A stretch of DNA of 64,000 nt. It comes from Hyaloraphidium curvatum SAG 235-1 (Eukaryota; Fungi; Monoblepharomycota). Made by a program: the position numbers and the translations under genes. Of this stretch, positions 43,963 to 53,380 are shown one piece after another. Numbering within the stretch: position 1 is the stretch's first letter; every line of letters starts with the position of its first letter. The DNA lies in assembly GCA_025558095.1 (NCBI GenBank), contig JAIVFI010000011.1, positions 558,001 to 622,000 of the forward strand. The letters are read 5' to 3'. The notes below the pieces were generated by a model. That model ran no database searches. It saw only the letters and a list, made by a program, of their open reading frames with translations, and was not told the origin of the DNA.

Positions 43963-45348
43963 TCAGGTCCCGACGGGCCGAGCCGCGGCCCCGAGCGCCT
44001 CCAGCAACGCCCCCAGGTCCCCGGCCTCGTGCAGCCCCACCACCGCCTCCCTCAGCGCGTCCGCCCCCTCCCTTCCGAGCCTAGGTCCCGCGAGCTCCGC
44101 GAACTTGTCCAGCAGCTCCCTTTCCGGGAACGGCGCGCGCGGGTGCGCGGGCGGAAAAGGCACCTTCCTTGCCATCACCACCCCCGCGTCGTCCTCGACC
44201 TCCACCCTGCACGGCCAGTACGGCAGCTCCCCCGCATGCGCACGCGTCAGCTCCGGGTCCTCCAATACCTCCACGCGGGCCACGAGCGCCCGCACGTCCG
44301 AATCGCGCCACCGCTCGGCGTCGAACGTGCGCAGGTCCACGCGGCCGTCGAGCACCGCAGCGGCGGCGAGGAAGGGCATCGAATGGTCCGCGCTCTCTCT
44401 TGTCTCCGGGTTCCACTTTGCGTCGCGGTCACCCTGCCCGCCACCGATCTCGTGCCACCCCCCTCTGGGCAGGTGCACCGTGATACGGCGGATGCGGTCC
44501 GAGGGTGGAAGCTCCGCCCGCATCGCTACGAGCGCGTGGATGGCGCCCTGGGAACTGTACTCGGCGGGGTAGAGCTTGAATCCCGTGCATCCGAGCGCGG
44601 TGCGGCCCTCGCAGCGTGCGCCGAGGGAGGACAGGTCGAACCGCGGGACGCCGAGGAGGTCGTACAGCCCCGCCACGCCCGAAAAGGGAGCCTCGGGCCC
44701 CGTCATCCCCGCTGCGGCGAGCCGGCACGCAAAGGCGCCGAGCATGGCGCCGTGCGCGGCGGCGAAGCCCTTCCAGTCCGAGAGCTGGCCGGTGCGGGTC
44801 GCGCGCAGCGGCACCGCGGGCACGACGGCCAGCGAGAGCGCGTGGGCCATCGTTTCCCGCGAGAAGCCGCGGAGGCGTCCGATGCCCGCGGCGGAGGCGA
44901 TGGCGACCTGCATCTGGTCGACGTGCCTGTCGCGCAACCGCATGCCGCCGCGGCGGAGGCCCGCCTGCACCTCGTACGCGACGGCGAGCGCCTCCAGCAG
45001 CGCACGGCCATCGCATTTAATCGAGGAGGCGGCGGCGAGCAGCGCGCCCAGCACGTCGCTCGGGTGGCCGCCGATGCCCGTGTCGTTGAAGTCGAGGTGG
45101 CGCGCCAGCCCCGCGTTGACGAACGCCGCCAGCTCGCACGGCAGCCGCCGATCGCAGCCGATCGCGAACGACGCGCCGCCGTCGCCGTCGGCCGCCAGCG
45201 CGGCGCACAGCTCGCCGGCGCGGCGGTCGAGAGCGGCCACGGCGCAGCCGAGCGCGTCCAGCACGTGCCACCGCGCCCGGAGCACGTCCTCGGCGGGCAC
45301 GGCGGCCTCGGCTGCGAATTTTGCAAGCGCTTCGAGTGCAGCGTCCAT
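43963..45348 (-). CDS. MmgE/PrpD family protein (2-methylcitrate dehydratase-like), intron-less
   Basis: VLDALGCA, RHLDFNDT..GHPSD, SDWKG, FKLYPAEY, TRESADHSMPF, HPRAPF..KF; no targeting peptide. Confidence 0.9.
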   Translation of the reverse strand: MDAALEALAKFAAEAAVPAEDVLRARWHVLDALGCAVAALDRRAGELCAALAADGDGGASFAIGCDRRLPCELAAFVNAGLARHLDFNDTGIGGHPSDVLGALLAAASSIKCDGRALLEALAVAYEVQAGLRRGGMRLRDRHVDQMQVAIASAAGIGRLRGFSRETMAHALSLAVVPAVPLRATRTGQLSDWKGFAAAHGAMLGAFACRLAAAGMTGPEAPFSGVAGLYDLLGVPRFDLSSLGARCEGRTALGCTGFKLYPAEYSSQGAIHALVAMRAELPPSDRIRRITVHLPRGGWHEIGGGQGDRDAKWNPETRESADHSMPFLAAAAVLDGRVDLRTFDAERWRDSDVRALVARVEVLEDPELTRAHAGELPYWPCRVEVEDDAGVVMARKVPFPPAHPRAPFPERELLDKFAELAGPRLGREGADALREAVVGLHEAGDLGALLEALGAAARPVGT

Positions 45349-45454
45349 CGCGATGCTGCGATGCGTGGACCTGATCCACGGACGCGGTTGTTTGTTTACG
45401 CTTCCTCAGACGCTAGCTTTCGTTCTTCCATCACAGTTGAACAAGCGGCCTGAA

Positions 45455-46648
45455 TCAATTGCAGGTAGAACAACCAGAGCGTGCAGCACACGGCATCCGC
45501 GTCGCCTCGGGCTCCGGGCGCATCCAGTGCCCCGTCCGCTGCAGCGCCTCCACCCAAACGCCCTCGACGGCCCTGCTCGCCGGCTGGCGTCTCACGTCGT
45601 CCGGCCAGCCGCACCGCCCCGATCCCCGCAGCCCAGGTATTGCGATCCCGCCAAAGAGCTCCAGCCCCATCGCGACCTCGTCGTACCCCAGCAGCGCCCT
45701 GGCGGCCGTCGCCCCCGTGTACCGCCCGCTGTACTCGTGGATGCCGTACCCCCCCGGCGTCCCCGGATCGCGCACGCATTGCACATTCAACGGCCCGCGC
45801 CACCCCTCGGCCGCAAACGCCGCGGCGCACCGCTCCCCGAGGTCCAGCAGCGCCGGATCCGCGCCGCGCTCCACGCGCTCGCTCTTGCCCTGGCGCATGG
45901 CGTGCCGCGTGGCGATCATCCCCACGATCGAACCGTCGGGGGCGATGAAGACCTGGATGGAGTGCTTGTCGGCCTCGAACGAGTGGAACAGGGGGACGCC
46001 CTCGTCGGCGACGCGGGCGAGGTAGGAGCGCAGGGGGGCGGGGTCGCCGAGGAAGCGCTGCACGACGTAGCCGGGCCTGCCGGCCAGACGGGCGAGCTGG
46101 GCGCCGTCGCCGACGAAGAAGACGCCCCCGGACGCGAAGCCCTCGCGCGGCTTGGCGACCAGGGGGAAGCCGTGGCGGGCGGCAAAGGCGGCCAGCTCCG
46201 CGGGGCCGGCGTCGGCTGTCGCCAGCGTGGGAGCGTACGGAAGCCCGTGGCGCGACGAGAATGCGGCGCTCTCGGCCTTGTCGAGCATGGCCAGGGCGGG
46301 GCCGGGGGCGCCGCACAGGAACGCCGTGCCGTGCGGCCGCCCCGCCTCGGCCCTGGCAGCCATCCACGCCACATCGGCATCGCGGCACGGAACGATCAGT
46401 TGCGGCCGCAGGCGGGCGAGTGCCTCGTCGAATTTGCGCGCAAAGCCGTCCTCCGCCAGGTTCGGCGCGAGGAACACCTCGTCGAAGTCAAACACAGCCG
46501 GGTCGCACGCGGTGCTGTTGAGCGCCGCGACATGCAGCCCGCCCCGGCGGCCTGCGAGCGCCGCGAGGACGTTCTGGCCGACGCCGCTGGCGCCCGACAG
46601 AAGCAGCACGCAGGGCCGGTCGGCGTCGGCCGCGCCGTCGCTCGGCAT
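45455..46648 (-). CDS. ATP-grasp enzyme (CarB-like short form of bacterial type), intron-less
   Basis: LLSGASGVGQNV, IVPCRD, LDKAES..F..GLPYAPT, FPLVAKPREGFASGGV, VVQRFL, GWRGPLNVQ, HEYSGRYTGAT. Confidence 0.78.
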   Translation of the reverse strand: MPSDGAADADRPCVLLLSGASGVGQNVLAALAGRRGGLHVAALNSTACDPAVFDFDEVFLAPNLAEDGFARKFDEALARLRPQLIVPCRDADVAWMAARAEAGRPHGTAFLCGAPGPALAMLDKAESAAFSSRHGLPYAPTLATADAGPAELAAFAARHGFPLVAKPREGFASGGVFFVGDGAQLARLAGRPGYVVQRFLGDPAPLRSYLARVADEGVPLFHSFEADKHSIQVFIAPDGSIVGMIATRHAMRQGKSERVERGADPALLDLGERCAAAFAAEGWRGPLNVQCVRDPGTPGGYGIHEYSGRYTGATAARALLGYDEVAMGLELFGGIAIPGLRGSGRCGWPDDVRRQPASRAVEGVWVEALQRTGHWMRPEPEATRMPCAARSGCSTCN

Positions 46649-46918
46649 CGCCAGCCGCAGGGACGCAGGACCGCGTGAGGGCAAACTCAAGGCCGCCGTC
46701 GGCAGCAGCGCAAAGTCGATGGAAGATTGAGGGTGGAGGGTGTTTGCTCGGAGCGCGGCCACCATCATCATCGATCCCTCAAACAAGGGATGGCATTGTG
46801 CAGGGATCGGCGGTGTCGGACGCAGCCCCATGTAATCTGACGCCCGCTGCTAGCCATCCACGGCAAAAGAATCCCGCCGGGCCTCGGAACGGCATCCCAT
46901 CGGCCGCCCGCCCCAGCA

Positions 46919-48064
46919 TCACTGGTGAAACATGAAGGTCCGCCTGACGATCACCTTGCGCTTCACCCCCCCTTTCTCCTCACGCGCCACCGCCTCCTCC
47001 TCCCCTATCCGCCCCGCGAGCTCCTCCATCCAGTGTCCGTCCGACAGCGTGGCCTTGAGCTTGGGCTCGAGCGCCGTCGGGCCGGCCAGGAACCTCCGCG
47101 CGTGGTTCGACATGATCCGCAGCGGCGGGTTGCCCTCCCCCACCGGCACCCCGCGCTCCAGGCCCTGCTTGAGCAGGTAGGGCACCGACACGAGCGCGGC
47201 GCCGAGGTCGATCCCCATGATCCTGAACCGGGCCAGCCGCGGGTGCGACGGCCCGATGCCCACCACGCCGGGCGCCTCCTCGGCCCAGCTCGTGTTCCAG
47301 TACCGCGAGACAAAGTCGAACCCGATCAGGTCCGCCGCGCCCTCCTCGCCGCCGTTCATCCAGCGGAACAGCTGGTCCGCGAACGCCGTCGAGTACAGGT
47401 TGTCCCCGTTGGTCACGAGCAGCCAGTGGCACCCGTGCGGGTTGCGGTCGTTGGCCTGCCCGAATAACCGGTCCAGCGCCGCGTCGGTGAAGGCGTACGG
47501 GCGGTCGTAGCACGTGCCGTTGACGCACCGCAGCCGCGCCAGCAGCGGGCCCACCTCCCGCGCCGCGACCGCCGCCGCCTCCTCATCCGAGACCGGCAGC
47601 ACGTCGGCGAAGCCCGGGCAGCCCAGGACGTCCCCGGCGTAGCCGCGCACCGCGTCCGCAAACAGCGCGCGGTCCGTGGCGGGGTCCGTCACCACGAAGA
47701 ACAGCTTGAACGGCACCGTGCCGTGCGAGAGTGCCGACAGAAAGGTCGGCATGAAGGCGAGGTGCCCGTCGTACGACCGCACCACCGCGCAGACGGTGTT
47801 TGTGCTCGTCGGGTACGACCACGCGCGGCACGCCGGCGCCGCGGCGGTGTACGCGAATGCCGGCGTCGCAGCCGATCGCGCGGCGCGGAGTGCCGTCGCC
47901 GCGTCGCCGAGCACCGCCGCATCGTGCGACGCCGGATGCGGCGGCGGTCCGCCGAGCGCGGAGAAGTGGCTCGCCGGCGCGCCGGGCACGAACCGCGGGA
48001 GGAGCTGGCAGGCGAGCACGCCGAGGAGAAAAGGCACGGCGCCGCCGCGGAGCCGCCGGGACAT
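46919..48064 (-). CDS. Type II membrane GT-A-fold glycosyltransferase (GT2-like), intron-less
   Basis: N-terminal TM and stem; VCAVVRSY, LLVTNGDNLYS (DxD-like), DFVSRY, IDLGAALV, SDG, terminal FMFHQ. Confidence 0.65.
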   Translation of the reverse strand: MSRRLRGGAVPFLLGVLACQLLPRFVPGAPASHFSALGGPPPHPASHDAAVLGDAATALRAARSAATPAFAYTAAAPACRAWSYPTSTNTVCAVVRSYDGHLAFMPTFLSALSHGTVPFKLFFVVTDPATDRALFADAVRGYAGDVLGCPGFADVLPVSDEEAAAVAAREVGPLLARLRCVNGTCYDRPYAFTDAALDRLFGQANDRNPHGCHWLLVTNGDNLYSTAFADQLFRWMNGGEEGAADLIGFDFVSRYWNTSWAEEAPGVVGIGPSHPRLARFRIMGIDLGAALVSVPYLLKQGLERGVPVGEGNPPLRIMSNHARRFLAGPTALEPKLKATLSDGHWMEELAGRIGEEEAVAREEKGGVKRKVIVRRTFMFHQ

Positions 48065-48750
48065 GGCCCGGTCCGCGGCCGGGCGTCGTGGTTTTGGCCA
48101 CCGACGAGGGTTGAGGGATTGAGGACGCCGAAGGCCCGGGCACCCTCACCATTCCCGGAGCTCTTTGACCGGAGGCGAGCCGGATAAGGTACTTTCACCG
48201 AACGCCCGGCTCGGGGAGATGCACCGCAGGGCAGCGCTGTCCCCGTCGCCGCAACGGCCCGCAGGGGACCGAAGCCGCCGTCGTCGCCGCATGAGGGCGA
48301 AATAATCGCCACATCCGAATCCCGGTCCGATCCGAGACGAGCGGGCTCTGTTGCACCCGTCGCCCTCCCTGCATATCGGGCTGTTCCGGCCCAACCCTCG
48401 TGGGGCGTGCAGTGTGGCTTTTCCAGAGAACGGCGGCCACTCCGGCACGGGAACTCCCGTGCGAGGTTCCTCCAGATTTACATTGACGGAAGACATCGCA
48501 ATCAACGTCCAATGCCGATGCGGCCTGCTCGGCAGCGGGACTCTGCCGCCCCGGTGGGACGCTGGGACCTTGTTGACGACGGTTTCGCAGTAGCGATACG
48601 TTCGCAGCAGCTGGACGAAGCTCCTCATCCGTGCCATGGATGGCCAGCAAAAGAGCGAAAGTCTCGCCTGAGGCCCTCACTGATGCGCATGCTTGCGATC
48701 ACGTCCCGCGACGCGTCCGCAATCAAACGGTCGGAGCACGCGTCGGGCCG

Positions 48751-49845
48751 ATGGCATCCGCCCGCTCCGCCGTGCTCCGCGCCGCTCTGCTTCTTTCGGC
48801 GTGCGCGCTTCTTGGCCAGCTCGCCGGATTCCCGCCCGCACGCGGCCCTGTCGACGCGTCCCACTCCCGCATGGCGCTCCGCGGGATCGCGTACCCGATC
48901 CTCGCCGAGAACAACTCGCTCCCCGGCCTCCCGCGGCTGCTCCGCGCGATCCACCACCCGCTGAACGCGTACGCGGTGCACGTCGACGCCCGGGCCGCCA
49001 ACACCTCGGCCCACGCCGCGCTCGTGGAGTTTGCCTCGCGGCCGCCCTATTCCCGGAATGTCCTCCTCCTGCCCCCGACGCTGACCACGTACGCGGGCAT
49101 CTCGACGGTACTGGCCCGCGTCGAGGCGACGGAGGCGCTGCTGCGGCTGTTCCCGGGGTGGTCGCACTGCATCCCCCTGAGCGGGAGCGACTACCCGCTG
49201 GTGGGGCAGGAGGACCTGATGGCGGCGCTGGACGGGGCGTCGCGGGACGCGCGGGGGAAGCCCATCGACGCCGTGTTCCTCGCAACCTGGAGGCACACGG
49301 AACGGTGGCGCACCGCGGCCCTGGACGCGGCGATGCTCGGCGCCGACAACGGGCAGCTGGCCGTGCTCAGAAGCAAATGGCACTGGATCCGGCCCCCCCG
49401 GCCCGTACCGAGCGGGCCGGCGCAGTTCATCCTCCCGCGGCGGGTGGTCGGGGCCGCGCTGCCCTCGGCCGAGTTCAGGAGGATGCTGGTGGCGTTCGCC
49501 GGGACCGAGGCGCCCGGGGAGACCGTATGGCAGGCCTTCTTCGAGTGGACGCAGCTGGGGAGGGAGCTCGGGCGATACATAGCGGACGACTCGATGCGGT
49601 ACGACGAGCCCGTGCCGGAGGAGTCGCACACGCTGTTCCTCGAGACGAGGGAGCAGCTCGAGCGGGCGCTGGCGTCGGGCGCGCCGTTCGCGCGCAAGTT
49701 TCGGCCCGACGCGACGGTACTGGACGCCGTCGATGCGCTGGACGTAAAGCGGAGGGAGGAGGTCAGGGCTGCGGTGGTGGCGCGGATGAAGCGCGCAGTT
49801 GCCAAGGCGCTGGAGAAGGACGAGGCACGTGCGGCGGGAGAATGA
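48751..49845 (+). CDS. GT14 family (core-2/I-branching/xylosyltransferase-like) glycosyltransferase, intron-less
   Basis: Signal anchor; IAYPILA, LLRAIHHPLNAYAVHVDAR, WSHCIPLSGSDYPL, FARKF. Confidence 0.85.
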   Translation: MASARSAVLRAALLLSACALLGQLAGFPPARGPVDASHSRMALRGIAYPILAENNSLPGLPRLLRAIHHPLNAYAVHVDARAANTSAHAALVEFASRPPYSRNVLLLPPTLTTYAGISTVLARVEATEALLRLFPGWSHCIPLSGSDYPLVGQEDLMAALDGASRDARGKPIDAVFLATWRHTERWRTAALDAAMLGADNGQLAVLRSKWHWIRPPRPVPSGPAQFILPRRVVGAALPSAEFRRMLVAFAGTEAPGETVWQAFFEWTQLGRELGRYIADDSMRYDEPVPEESHTLFLETREQLERALASGAPFARKFRPDATVLDAVDALDVKRREEVRAAVVARMKRAVAKALEKDEARAAGE

Positions 49846-49892
49846 CCATGTTCGTCCTTCGAATACAGCCCAGTGACCCCGACCGACGCCGA

Positions 49893-51503
49893 TCACCCCC
49901 CGCATATCGAGTTCGGCGTCACCGAGATCCCGCTCCCCCTCACCAGGGAGTAGAACACCCCCGCGACCGTGAGCGCCGAGATGGCGACGGCCCTCAGCGC
50001 GCCCATGGTCACCGCGGCCCCCAGCCACCGCACGGCGTACCGGTCCGTGTCGCAGAACAGCTCGAGGATGCCGTCGTGGTGCGCCGCGTCCTGCACCGCG
50101 GCGGGGGGCATCGATCGCGCGGCGCGGCGGAGCGAGGCGCGGGCTTCCTTGTAGAGGTACGCCGCGCCGCGGATGCTCGAGTTGGTGGCGGCGACGAGGA
50201 CGAGGTCGAAGCCGGCGTAGACGGCGACAAAGAGGAGGAAGAGGAAGACGTACATCGGGAGGCAGGAGCCCGCGGCGAGGTTGATGACGGAGGGAACGAG
50301 CACGCTCGTCAGGAGGATGTAGACGATGAGGTCGCGGCCGGAGGTGAGGAACGGCAGGCCCTGTCGCCACCGTGCCGAGAGCTGGGCGTGGATGATTTCG
50401 TAGGGTTCCATGGTCGAGCAGTGGTCGGCGGACGGCGCGGCGCCGTTGGCGGCATACTTGTCGACCAAGGACCGAAGAGACATTGCGGTTGCGCGGCGCT
50501 GGATCCTGTCGGCAAGCTGCAGGCTCGCCAGGGTGAATTGCGGCCTGGCAATGACGTTGAGACACTGGTAGCCCATGAATCCCAGGAGCAGGAAGACCAG
50601 CATCGGCGGGCCGTACCACGTCGCAAAGAACGCCGGGCCGAAGGTCACCAGGGAGGTCCACTCCAACCCGATGCAGTAAGGCAGCATAGTGACAACCATG
50701 CGAAGGACCATGTCCAGAACCCGCAGTGCCGCTTCGTAGCGCACGACGCCCCCGGCGCACGACTCGGCCGGGCACGGGCAGTAGCCGTCGCCGGCAACGT
50801 GCGAAAGCAGCCTCTTCCTCGGGTTGCCGCCCTTGCCCCCGGCCGCGGCATCCCTCGCCACGAGCTGCGACCACCTCGCGATCCCCGAGACCACGCTCCC
50901 GCTCCTGTCCGCCGGGCCCCGCGGGCCCGTCCGGCCCTGCTTGGCCGCGGCCTGGTACTGCCTCCGCATGCCCGCCAGGACCGTCACGAAGAGCTGGCCT
51001 GCGACGACGACGAAGAGCATCGCGACGGTTCCGGCGACGAGCTGCGTGTTCGCAAAAGTGGTTCCCCCGCTCCCGTTCAGCACGATGGGGGGCACCGCGA
51101 AGAGCGCGGCCGGGATGCCGTACAGCATGGAGCGGAGCGACGGGCGGCCGGTAAAGGGTTCCAGAAGGATGCTGAGCCGCACGAGCCTGCCGAGCGCGGG
51201 GCTGACCCGCGACAGCTCGCGGACCAGCGCGTCGGCGTCGAGCGGCATCTCCGCGCGCAGGTTTTTAGCGGGATCGGGGTCGGGCAGGGCCTCTCCGCGC
51301 GCCGGCGGGCCGAGAGGAGGTAGCAATGTCGGCGGCGGGGTTGGAAATATGGCGAGCCACTCGAGGTCGTCGAACAGCGGCTCGTCTTCCGGCGGGGGAG
51401 CGGGGAGCGCGTGTGCGTCTCCAATGCCGGAATCCCGCGCCGGGGCGGACTCCGCCGACTCCGCTCGCGGCAGAAAGGCAGGCGCCGCCACCGGGCCCTC
51501 CAT
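49893..51503 (-). CDS. Multi-pass (about 7 TM) membrane protein of an expanded family, intact copy A; GR/7TMIC-like C-terminus
   Basis: About 7 hydrophobic helices, cytosolic loop with CPCP..C, C-terminal ILELF..YAVRWLGAAVTMGALRAVAISALTV; paralogs at 58.7 and 63.0 kb. Confidence 0.7.
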   Translation of the reverse strand: MEGPVAAPAFLPRAESAESAPARDSGIGDAHALPAPPPEDEPLFDDLEWLAIFPTPPPTLLPPLGPPARGEALPDPDPAKNLRAEMPLDADALVRELSRVSPALGRLVRLSILLEPFTGRPSLRSMLYGIPAALFAVPPIVLNGSGGTTFANTQLVAGTVAMLFVVVAGQLFVTVLAGMRRQYQAAAKQGRTGPRGPADRSGSVVSGIARWSQLVARDAAAGGKGGNPRKRLLSHVAGDGYCPCPAESCAGGVVRYEAALRVLDMVLRMVVTMLPYCIGLEWTSLVTFGPAFFATWYGPPMLVFLLLGFMGYQCLNVIARPQFTLASLQLADRIQRRATAMSLRSLVDKYAANGAAPSADHCSTMEPYEIIHAQLSARWRQGLPFLTSGRDLIVYILLTSVLVPSVINLAAGSCLPMYVFLFLLFVAVYAGFDLVLVAATNSSIRGAAYLYKEARASLRRAARSMPPAAVQDAAHHDGILELFCDTDRYAVRWLGAAVTMGALRAVAISALTVAGVFYSLVRGSGISVTPNSICGG

Positions 51504-51725
51504 TGGAGCGCTCGCAGGGAAGCTGGTGGATCCGGAGTTGGCCAAGTCAGGCTGGCGCAAGGGCTGGCGAATCACTCGATCGCGAGTTGCGCTCGATGGA
51601 TCGCGCGCAATCGCTGGTTGGATTCACAAGGCGGGGAGGGTCTCTTTATAGCATTTGTCGCGTCGCCTGTTTCTTCTTGAGGCTCAGGACATGGGTTTCG
51701 GGCGGGTCGTCTCTGGGACGCAGAG

Positions 51726-53186
51726 ATGACAACCGCGATCGCGCAGCTCGTTGAACAGCCGCTCTCGCTCGTGAGGCCTCGGCACCCACGCGATCAACTG
51801 GCTGCCACGAAACCAATGGATCTCCCTGCGCGTTCCGTGGCCGCGGCGCCGGATCCCGGCCCGCAGCTGCCGCCGGAGCTCGTCGCCATGGTCGTCGCGT
51901 TCGTGCCCGGCCGCCGCACCCTCGCCGCCGTGGCGCGCGCCTGCCGCGGCTTCCTGCCCATCGCCCTCGCGTGCCTGCTCGACACGGTTGATTTCGGCGC
52001 CTTCTCCAGCCGGATGCGCGGCCTCCGGCTGCTGGGGCAGTTTTCGGCGGACGGGCTGGCCACGGGCAAGTTCTCCCTGGTCCGCCGCATCCGCGGTCTC
52101 GGCTTCCACGGCCTGTCCCAGGAAGAAGTGGAGATCCTCAGGCGATGCACGAACATGGAGGACGTGGAGGTGTGCTTCTGCACCCCGCACGACGTGTTCC
52201 GCGCCTGGGGCAAACTTCGGACGTCGAAGTCCTACCGGATCTTGTCCGTGGCGTTCTGGAGGGCAGCCTGGTGCTGCCAAGCACTCGCCGTGCTCCGGGT
52301 GGACGTGCGTCCCTTCAAGCTATCGGACGACTCGGACGACGACGACTGGATTACTGACGACGGCGATTCCGACGACGTCGATTCCGATTCCGACTCCTGG
52401 CGCGGACCCGAAAAGATCCCGGCCCGCAGCCCCTCCTTCTTCTTCACGCCCCCTCCCCGGGAGGGCAACATCCTCGAGCGTTGGCTCGGTCTCGCCCCAG
52501 GACCGCGACCACCCTTCCGAGTGGAGCTCCAGGCACCAAACTCCGACGAGGAATGGGACCGGACCGCCCTGGAACCGCTGGCGTCGTGGCTGGCCTCGTG
52601 CCCCGAGGTGGAGGCGGTCTGCTCCGCCGGCGCCCCGTCCAAGGCCCTCTCCCACATCGGAGCCAAGCTGCACACCGTCCGCCTTGAAGCGGAGGACGCC
52701 ACCGCGTTCGCCGACATGGCCGTCCCCTGCCGCACGGTCGTCCTGCGCAGCCGGGACCGCCGGCCCGGCGACCTCTGGGGCCCCTGGACCGTCGACCTGC
52801 CCGACGAACCCCCGCCGCGCAGGCTCGTGCTCCTGGGCATCCCCACCAACACCCTGTTCCGCCTGCCCGGCGGCGTGCGGGAGCTGGACGTGCTCTGCCG
52901 CCCGGGCCGGCGGGACTTCAACGTCCCCGGCTTCGCGCTGCCCGACCTCGAGGCGATCGTGCGCTCCGCGGGGCTCGAGCGCATCCATGTCGGCGGGCTC
53001 GAGGAGCCCCAGTGGAGCTCGATCGACGGGGAGGAGGCGATGCGCATGAAACGGCTGGGCGAGGACCCGGACAGGATCGCGGCGGACGAGAATGCGGAGA
53101 TGGCCATGTGGCGGCGGCTGGCGAACGAGTTGCCCTTCTTCGCGCCGCCGGAGGATCTGGAGGAAGTCTCCCGCGGCTGGCGATGA
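51726..53186 (+). CDS. F-box-like protein (lineage-expanded family)
   Basis: LPPELVAMVVAFVPGRRTLAAVARACRGF F-box-like motif, LRR-like segments; start could be 51816. Confidence 0.6.
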   Translation: MTTAIAQLVEQPLSLVRPRHPRDQLAATKPMDLPARSVAAAPDPGPQLPPELVAMVVAFVPGRRTLAAVARACRGFLPIALACLLDTVDFGAFSSRMRGLRLLGQFSADGLATGKFSLVRRIRGLGFHGLSQEEVEILRRCTNMEDVEVCFCTPHDVFRAWGKLRTSKSYRILSVAFWRAAWCCQALAVLRVDVRPFKLSDDSDDDDWITDDGDSDDVDSDSDSWRGPEKIPARSPSFFFTPPPREGNILERWLGLAPGPRPPFRVELQAPNSDEEWDRTALEPLASWLASCPEVEAVCSAGAPSKALSHIGAKLHTVRLEAEDATAFADMAVPCRTVVLRSRDRRPGDLWGPWTVDLPDEPPPRRLVLLGIPTNTLFRLPGGVRELDVLCRPGRRDFNVPGFALPDLEAIVRSAGLERIHVGGLEEPQWSSIDGEEAMRMKRLGEDPDRIAADENAEMAMWRRLANELPFFAPPEDLEEVSRGWR

Positions 53187-53380
53187 GGGATCGGTGCGAC
53201 GGCGAACGAAGCCGCTTGGCCCGCATGCACCACGGCAAACACAGGCGCGGACGGGAGGCTCTTGTTCCCCCAAATCACCACTCTCTTGCCCTCAAAATAC
53301 AGTGCCGGAACTCTAGCCGATAGCGCATAACGGGGCCGTCCGCAGCCCGCGCGGCCGTCCCATAACCTCATGCTCGGGCT

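Noticed and set aside
48146-48680. ORFs of about 160 aa between the two glycosyltransferases
   Set aside because: No recognisable protein features; likely promoter region.
39804-49845. Bacterial contamination as the explanation for the cluster
   Set aside because: Eukaryotic signal anchors, mixed orientations, host-like codon bias and contiguity with host gene families; read-level check still advisable.
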